Shown here one piece after another: positions 57,889-64,000 of a stretch of 64,000 nt of DNA. The DNA lies in the NCBI GenBank assembly GCA_964517135.1, contig CAZFBA010000017.1:12605-76604 (forward strand). Reading direction: 5' to 3'. Origin of the DNA: an uncultured Gammaproteobacteria bacterium (lineage in GTDB: Bacteria > Cyanobacteriota > Vampirovibrionia > JBFMGH01). A model generated the notes under the pieces. It saw only the letters and a list, made by a program, of their open reading frames with translations, ran no database searches and was not told the DNA's origin. The translations under genes were made by a program, and so were the position numbers. Each line of letters begins with the position of its first letter. Position 1 is the stretch's first letter.

Positions 57889-58959
57889 TTATGAACCGCC
57901 AAGCTTGATGAAACCCCATTTACTGCCTTTATTAACGACAGCAACATTGTTATTAAAGCTAAAGACGGTATTATATTCTGGCTTAATAATAAGTTCGCCG
58001 TTTGAATCAATGTATCCATATTTATCGCCTGTAAACTTACTTATTTTAACAGCAGAAAAACCACAATTAAAGTTATAAGCATCTTTAAAGGCTGGTTTAA
58101 TTTTGATATTACCTTTAATATCAATAAAACCATATTTTGTACCTGTAAAAGATCGTGTTTGAATTCTGGCAAGACCCTCTGAAAATTCTGAAGCATCCTC
58201 AAATAGAGGTTTTATGATAATATTACCATTTTTATCCAGATAACCCCAGTGTTTATCTTTTTTAAAAGGTGCCAGTCCTTCAGAGAAAGATAAAATAGTA
58301 TCATATTCAGGCTTAATAATTATATTTCCTGATTTATCTATAAGTCCCCATTTGTTTTTAACTTTTATGCGGGCAGTTTCATTTTTATAAGATGAGACAA
58401 AGTCAAATCGTGGTTCAATTACAAAGGTTCCTGTTTTGTCTATGAAGCCTACTTTGTTGTTTATACTGGCTCCGGCCAAACCTTCAGAGAAGTTAGCAGC
58501 ATAATTAAAGGCTGGTGGTATTACTGCATTGCCTTTAATATCAAGATAACCCCATTTGCCGTTATGTTTAATCCTTCCCATACCTTCATAGAATGGTTCT
58601 GCAACTTCGAAGAAATTGTTTATCAAAAAATTTCCACTTTTATCAATGTATCCACACTGGTTATTAATTATTACAACAGCAAAATTGTTTTTAAAGCATC
58701 TGGCAATATCAAAAATTGGCTGGATTATTTCGTTTCCTCCGGGGTCGATGAAGCCATATTGATGTTCTTTTTCTATGGCAGCAAGTCCTTCAGAGAACCC
58801 AAATGCATGATTATATCTTGGTTGTATGGGCATTTCGCCATTAGTATTAATAAATCCCCATTTACTGCCGATTTTTACAGCAGCGAGACCTTCATAAAAT
58901 TCGTCCAGCCAATCATATTCAAGTTTTGAAGTGACGTTAACGTTTTGTTTTTCTTGCAT
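57889..58959 (-). CDS. WG-repeat (KWG) protein 1, no signal peptide
   Basis: About 8 units of FSEGLA.V....KWGFID..G..+I.P.(F/Y). Confidence 0.92.
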   Translation of the reverse strand: MQEKQNVNVTSKLEYDWLDEFYEGLAAVKIGSKWGFINTNGEMPIQPRYNHAFGFSEGLAAIEKEHQYGFIDPGGNEIIQPIFDIARCFKNNFAVVIINNQCGYIDKSGNFLINNFFEVAEPFYEGMGRIKHNGKWGYLDIKGNAVIPPAFNYAANFSEGLAGASINNKVGFIDKTGTFVIEPRFDFVSSYKNETARIKVKNKWGLIDKSGNIIIKPEYDTILSFSEGLAPFKKDKHWGYLDKNGNIIIKPLFEDASEFSEGLARIQTRSFTGTKYGFIDIKGNIKIKPAFKDAYNFNCGFSAVKISKFTGDKYGYIDSNGELIIKPEYNTVFSFNNNVAVVNKGSKWGFIKLGGS

Positions 58960-59032
58960 AAAGCTAATAACCTGATGGAAATATATTTATAAATATATTT
59001 GGTAATATTACCATAAATGACAGAAAAATTTG

Positions 59033-60163
59033 TTATAATTTCTTTTTAAAACTTATGAACCCCCATTTGCCACCTGTCATTACAGCTGCCAGCCCTTCAG
59101 TATAGTTTATTGCTCTTTCAAAGACAGGCTCAGAAAGAATTTCTCCGTCGTTATAAATGTAGCCCCAGAGATTTTCGCTTTTATAAATAGCTACATTGTT
59201 AGAGAAAGTAGATATTTGGTCGAATTGAGGGTTGGTTATATAGTTACCTTTTTTGTCGATAATACCCCACTGGCCGGCCAGTTGAAATGGTGCAACGCCA
59301 TTAGAGAACTGCCAGGTAACGTCAAAGATTGGTTCAAAAAGCTTTTCGCCTTTTTTATTTATGTAAGTCCATTTTTCACCAATTTTTACATTTGCTATAT
59401 CTTCAGAAAATCTACCTGCTGCGTTAAATGCAGGGTCTATTACCACCTTACCTGATTTTTCTACATAACCCCATTTACCGTTTAACTTAACAGCTGCAAG
59501 GCCTTCAGAAAACGGGCTGGCATCTTCATACTGTGGCTTAAGGATAACATTATTTTCTTTATCTTTATAACCCCACTTATTATCTTCATTAAAAGGTATA
59601 AGCCCTTCACTAAGCAGGAGTGATAGGCTTTTATCGGGTTTTATTATAAAATCACCATTGATATCAACAAAAGCATGACCGTCTTCTTTTGTTACTACTG
59701 GTCCTGCTTCTTCAACAAAGGGTAGTGATAAAGCAAATTGAGGTTTGATAGCTATTTCACCTTTAGTATTTATATAACCCCAAGCATTATCCACATTAAC
59801 TGGCGCAAGACCATCAGAAAACTCAAGGGCTCCTTGAAATGAGGGTTCAATAACAAAATCACCTTTAGAATTAATAAAACCAAAAAGATTGTTTTTCTTT
59901 ACTCTTGCCATTCCTTCACTAAAGATGCCTGAGTCTTCAAATTGGGGTTTTATTGCGTAGAACCATTGTTTATTATCTGGTTCGCTGGCTATTTCAGTTA
60001 TTTTAGCAACATTATTAGTTGTCTTTTTGTCGTCTTTTAATAGCATTTCAGACATATTGTCAGATGAAGTTTTTACTGATTCTTCTTTTTGAGGTTTATA
60101 AATTATCAGAACGGTTGCAGCAATAATGAGAACCAGTAGTATTAAAAGTAATTTTCTTGTCAT
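59033..60163 (-). CDS. WG-repeat protein 2, N-terminal membrane anchor
   Basis: Hydrophobic N-terminus followed by WG repeats. Confidence 0.92.
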   Translation of the reverse strand: MTRKLLLILLVLIIAATVLIIYKPQKEESVKTSSDNMSEMLLKDDKKTTNNVAKITEIASEPDNKQWFYAIKPQFEDSGIFSEGMARVKKNNLFGFINSKGDFVIEPSFQGALEFSDGLAPVNVDNAWGYINTKGEIAIKPQFALSLPFVEEAGPVVTKEDGHAFVDINGDFIIKPDKSLSLLLSEGLIPFNEDNKWGYKDKENNVILKPQYEDASPFSEGLAAVKLNGKWGYVEKSGKVVIDPAFNAAGRFSEDIANVKIGEKWTYINKKGEKLFEPIFDVTWQFSNGVAPFQLAGQWGIIDKKGNYITNPQFDQISTFSNNVAIYKSENLWGYIYNDGEILSEPVFERAINYTEGLAAVMTGGKWGFISFKKKL

Positions 60164-60301
60164 AATAGCAAACTCCTTTTTTTAATCAATATAAAGATCT
60201 GTAAAAAGAGGTAATTAAACAAATTAAAACCATTGGAATTTTATAGGTTCCTCTGGTTTTGCTGTTTGGTCAAGCAATACCTCTATGGTTAAGTATTAAT
60301 T

Positions 60302-61243
60302 TCAAAGCAGATTGCCGTTAGTATCAATAAAAAAGTATGTATCATTTTTATATACAACTGCAAAGCCTTCAGAAAACTTTTCTACTTCTTCAAATTGGGG
60401 GGGGATAACCATTTCTCCTGCTTTGTTGATAAAGCCGAATAGCCCGTTGACCTCAACGCTTGCCATTCCATTGCTAAAACAGTAGGTATATTCATATTCA
60501 GGTTCTATAATTATTTTTCCTGAGCGGTCGATGTAACCCCATTTATTGTTTATCATAGCTGGTGCAAGGTTTTCAGAAAATTCTTGAGCTGCTTCAAATT
60601 GTGGTTCAATAATATAGTCACCATTGAGACTTATAAAACCATATTTATCATTGACTTTAACAAGTGCAGTCCCTTCGTAAAAGTCAGAGGCAAATTCAAA
60701 TTTAGGTTCTATGAGATAGTTGCCCTGTTTGTTTATAAAAGTAATTTTTTCTTTGCGAGCCAGTAGAGACTTTGTCTTAACGACAGCAAACCCCTGTTTA
60801 AACTGTGCCGCAAAGGTAAAGCGTGGTTTGATTTCGTATTGTCCGTCTTTATTGATGTATCCCCATTTATTTTTTTCCATTACAGAAGCAAGGCCTTCAG
60901 AGAAAGCTTCAAGAGTAACAAACTTTTTGTCGAAGGCTTTATTTCCATTTTTATCAATGAAAACATATTCATTATCTCCCAGGGCGACAGCGGCCATACC
61001 TTCTGAGAAGATCAATGCATATTCATAAGTAGGCGGTATAGCTATATTACCTTTTTTATCAATATATCCATATTTATCATGTTCTTCAAATACTGCCAGA
61101 CCTTCAGAAAAGTCACCTGTAAAATTGAATTTTGGTTCAATGACAAAGTTTCCTGTTTTATCAATAAAGCCAAAGCTGTCGTTCTTTTGCACACAGGCCA
61201 GTCCTTCGTGAAAACCGCTGGCATATTTAAATTCTAAAGTCAT
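60302..61243 (-). CDS. WG-repeat protein 3, no signal peptide
   Basis: WG repeats from residue 5 to the end. Confidence 0.92.
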   Translation of the reverse strand: MTLEFKYASGFHEGLACVQKNDSFGFIDKTGNFVIEPKFNFTGDFSEGLAVFEEHDKYGYIDKKGNIAIPPTYEYALIFSEGMAAVALGDNEYVFIDKNGNKAFDKKFVTLEAFSEGLASVMEKNKWGYINKDGQYEIKPRFTFAAQFKQGFAVVKTKSLLARKEKITFINKQGNYLIEPKFEFASDFYEGTALVKVNDKYGFISLNGDYIIEPQFEAAQEFSENLAPAMINNKWGYIDRSGKIIIEPEYEYTYCFSNGMASVEVNGLFGFINKAGEMVIPPQFEEVEKFSEGFAVVYKNDTYFFIDTNGNLL

Positions 61244-61363
61244 AGAGCTCTCTTTCTTTTGTTAATTATAGTATTAGTTTAATGAATAGTGTTTCATTTC
61301 GTCAATAGTAAAAACTGAAGCCGTTTTTTAAGGTAGTTTTTTCGTCAATAAATTTCATTATTA

Positions 61364-61939
61364 TTAGTATTCAATACCTTCCCGGGCACTGACCCCCAGG
61401 TCCCAGTAGTGTTTGACAGGGCTGATTTCAGATACAAGGTGGGCAAGCTCAATAATTTTAGGATGAGCTCGCCTGCCAGTAATAACTATTTCAAGGGTTT
61501 GGGGTTTGTTTTTCAGGAAATCAAGAATATCATCAAGCTCTATTAGGCCCAGGTCTATAGCTATATTGGCTTCATCCATAACAATCATATTATATTTGCC
61601 AGATTTTGCAGCCTTTTTTGCTATTTCCCATCCGTTTGTAATTTCAATACGGTCTTCATCATTTATATTATGAGAATAAATAATGCGATTTAAGCCAGCC
61701 TGAACGATTTCAAGCCTGTCTTTAAAATCAGGGTGCGATTTAAAAGAATATAATTCTCCGTAATTATCGCCTCCCTTGGTGAACATAACAATCAACACAT
61801 TCCAGCCTCTGCCGAGAGCCCTCATTGTAAGCCCCAGAGCGGCAGTTGTTTTACCCTTTCCATTGCCCGTATAGACCTGAATATAGCCTAATTCAGAAAA
61901 CTTTGGGTTAATTAAGTTGTCTTTATTGATTCCTGACAT
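61364..61939 (-). CDS. cobO: Cob(I)yrinic acid a,c-diamide adenosyltransferase
   Basis: VYTGNGKGKTTAALG, MDEAN, ITGR, KHYWDLGVSAREGIEY; ATG 61939 preferred because ATG 61963 lies inside a repeat. Confidence 0.93.
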   Translation of the reverse strand: MSGINKDNLINPKFSELGYIQVYTGNGKGKTTAALGLTMRALGRGWNVLIVMFTKGGDNYGELYSFKSHPDFKDRLEIVQAGLNRIIYSHNINDEDRIEITNGWEIAKKAAKSGKYNMIVMDEANIAIDLGLIELDDILDFLKNKPQTLEIVITGRRAHPKIIELAHLVSEISPVKHYWDLGVSAREGIEY

Positions 61940-61956
61940 AATGATCCATCTGTAAA

Positions 61957-62027
61957 ACCCCATGCCTTCCTTCAGGGTGGACGGGATCCGGGTTTTGAAA
62001 ATCGAATTTTTTAAGTTATGTACTGAT
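61957..62027 (-). mobile_element. Family A MITE, truncated left half
   Basis: Reverse complement ATCAGTACATAACTTAAAAAATTCGATTTTCAAAACCCGGATCCCGTCCACCCTGAAGGAAGGCATGGGGT matches copies 1 and 2. Confidence 0.8.
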
Positions 62028-62070
62028 AATTTTATTATACGTTAAAGATGTTTTCTTATGCTTTAAAATA

Positions 62071-63999
62071 TCAGTTGATTTTTTTACTTAACAAGAAGGA
62101 ATTAAATTTAGCTACAAGCAAAATAGAAATTATGAAACCTGCAATTGTTATAAATAAGCCATATTTAATGATAGCAGGATCAAAAATAAACTCTACAGTT
62201 CGTTTACCCGGGCTAACTTTAACTGCTCTGTAGACCATATTAGCTGTTAAAAGCTCTGCTGGCTTGTTATCTATTGTTACTTTCCAGCCGGGGTAGTTTG
62301 CATCTAGCAAAATTAAATAACCGGGCTTTTTTGTATGTACATAGATCTTTATGGCATTTGGGGTATAAGACTTTATAACAACACTGCTGTCAGAATCTTT
62401 TTTTCCTGTTGAGCTTTCAGTAGTTCCTTCAAATAATACAAAATTTTTGATGTCAAAAGATGCTCGCAAAAAATCACTCTGCAATCTCTTTTTATTATTA
62501 TAATACAGGGCATCATAAACCATAAAAGCCCTTGGTGTAATGTTATTAACTTTTAACAGTGTTTTATGTTTGTCAAAGTATACAGTTTTGCCATATTGCT
62601 TAAAAATATCCAGATCCCAGGGTGAAGCCAGAATGTAGTTTATATTGAGGTTATAGAAGAATTTTTCCCTGTTTTTAAAATAGAGATGTGTTGAAAGCTC
62701 TTTAACAGTTTTTAATCGCAGGCTGGAAACAGTATAAATAAGGTTTATATTGTATATAATAGACCTGTTAGGAATAAGATTTTCAAGCCAGTAAAGGTTA
62801 AATATGTCATAAAAGTTGTTTAAAAACTTCTCATTGCCAGATTCTTCTTTTTGGGAAGGATAAAACTTTGACAATAAAGGCGAACAGAGAATTCTTGGCG
62901 GGTATGGCTTTTGCCAGTGAGTTTCAATAAATTTAGCAACCTCAACTTTTTGACCGTAATAATTGATTTTAGATGTTACATAAGCATTCGAGTTTATGTA
63001 AAATAGATCAATAAAGGTTATCGTAATAATAAATATTAGAAAATGTTTTGAAGTATACTTTTTAGTAAAAAACCACCAGCCAGACCACAGCAAAGTAAAT
63101 AATATCAGGAAATAAAAAACTCTAAAAATAATATTTGAATTGATGAAATCTCCTGTTACATTTCCTGAAAGCTTCATATTAACAAGGTTTAGGCTGGCAG
63201 AATGGTCAATAAAGAGTACTGAAGCTGCAATAACCACAAGTACAATTATAAACATTTCAGTATATTTGCGGAATTCTGGTTTGTTATTGATTAAATCTTT
63301 TAAACCAAGACAGGCAAGAATAGTTATGCCAAGAGATGTAAATACTATAAGTTTTTCAGGATATCTAAAAGAGTCAAAATAAGGTATAAAGCTAAATAAT
63401 AATTTATAAACTGGTGTAAAACATCCGAAGGCGAGCACAAGGCTTATGAGAGTTAAAGCCATCCAGAAGACTTTTTCTTTTGTTTGACTATAATAAAAGC
63501 TGCACAGAGCTAGCATAAGAGGTATTATACCGGCATAAATGCTTTCAACCCAGGGTATATCATATTCTCCTGTGTGTAGAAAGGTTCCCCAGTAAACGGG
63601 ATAAGGAAAATTGTTCCCAAAATAGAAAGGCAAATAGAATTCAAGCAGCCTTAATGGGTTGAATGACCACATTGTAGCCTCTTTAAAATCCAGGCCAGTA
63701 TTTCTGACCGATAGTCTTACCAGTTCTATAGATGGCAAAAGCTGAACAGCCGCATAAACAAGGGAAGATGTTAGTGTTAAAAAAAGAAAAATTAATATAT
63801 ACTTATTAGATTTGCCTTTTTGAAGCTCAAAAAGACTTCGCAACACCAGAAACCCTGACAGGTAATAAAATGCCATCGGATCTCCGCAGAAGATCAGCAT
63901 ACTCAAAAAAAACCCGGACAGAAATATGTATAGTATCTTACAGGTGTTAAGCAATCTGTAATAAGCCCAAAAAGTTGCAGGTATCCAGACGATTGCTGC
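62071..63999 (-). CDS. YfhO-like polytopic membrane protein (5'-truncated by the window edge)
   Basis: Frame open to the edge; FRYPEK, many TMs, GYLILLDANYPGWKVTID...ANMVYRAVKVSPG. Confidence 0.85.
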   Translation of the reverse strand, partial: AAIVWIPATFWAYYRLLNTCKILYIFLSGFFLSMLIFCGDPMAFYYLSGFLVLRSLFELQKGKSNKYILIFLFLTLTSSLVYAAVQLLPSIELVRLSVRNTGLDFKEATMWSFNPLRLLEFYLPFYFGNNFPYPVYWGTFLHTGEYDIPWVESIYAGIIPLMLALCSFYYSQTKEKVFWMALTLISLVLAFGCFTPVYKLLFSFIPYFDSFRYPEKLIVFTSLGITILACLGLKDLINNKPEFRKYTEMFIIVLVVIAASVLFIDHSASLNLVNMKLSGNVTGDFINSNIIFRVFYFLILFTLLWSGWWFFTKKYTSKHFLIFIITITFIDLFYINSNAYVTSKINYYGQKVEVAKFIETHWQKPYPPRILCSPLLSKFYPSQKEESGNEKFLNNFYDIFNLYWLENLIPNRSIIYNINLIYTVSSLRLKTVKELSTHLYFKNREKFFYNLNINYILASPWDLDIFKQYGKTVYFDKHKTLLKVNNITPRAFMVYDALYYNNKKRLQSDFLRASFDIKNFVLFEGTTESSTGKKDSDSSVVIKSYTPNAIKIYVHTKKPGYLILLDANYPGWKVTIDNKPAELLTANMVYRAVKVSPGKRTVEFIFDPAIIKYGLFITIAGFIISILLVAKFNSFLLSKKIN

Positions 64000-64000
64000 C

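Noticed and set aside
60397-60404. C8 tract in WG protein 3 as a phase-variation switch
   Set aside because: Eight bases encoding Ile-Pro-Pro is short, the frame is intact and a single sequence shows no length variation
61940-62070. Cobalamin riboswitch upstream of cobO
   Set aside because: B12-box motifs are absent, and the GC-rich segment matches the family A repeat found elsewhere
955-63382. Numerous 60-190 aa ORFs overlapping longer genes (e.g. 955-1347, 3167-3730, 6453-6938, 18684-19094, 52413-52928, 57792-58019)
   Set aside because: They lie antisense or out of frame within well-supported genes and show no recognisable motifs
1-64000. CRISPR array, rRNA, integrase or transposase
   Set aside because: No regularly spaced direct repeats with unique spacers, no rRNA-like sequence and no recombinase or DDE/HUH motifs seen in the ORF track

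Overview
AT-rich chromosomal window from a diderm bacterium (LptF/G permease, TpsB outer-membrane protein). The gene content (Tic20/DUF4870, BtpA, pentapeptide and TPR proteins, many orphan low-complexity proteins) suggests a non-photosynthetic relative of Cyanobacteria such as Vampirovibrionia/Melainabacteria; this is inference only. Housekeeping genes include rpsF-ssb-rpsR, anmK, glnS with a YqeY tail, ggt, pckA, tRNA-Ser(UGA), tsaE-tsaB, a pncB-pncA-nadE-nrtR NAD salvage operon with a candidate NrtR box, leuC and cobO. Features absent from the ORF track: a 179-nt 6S RNA directly upstream of tsaE; several families of small inverted-repeat elements, one nested in another with a 9-bp target duplication; a repeat hot spot at 49.1-49.8 kb; a decayed MBL-fold gene; and a 58-aa ORF. 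The best candidates for new biology are signal-peptide-less, effector-like proteins: a Gln/Met-rich harpin-like protein fused to a Cys-His amidase, an M4/M36-like protease, a 1057-aa protein with 65-aa tandem repeats and a Cys-rich 64-aa peptide. An orphan TpsB and three tandem WG-repeat genes are also notable. No CRISPR array, rRNA, transposase or integrase was seen.
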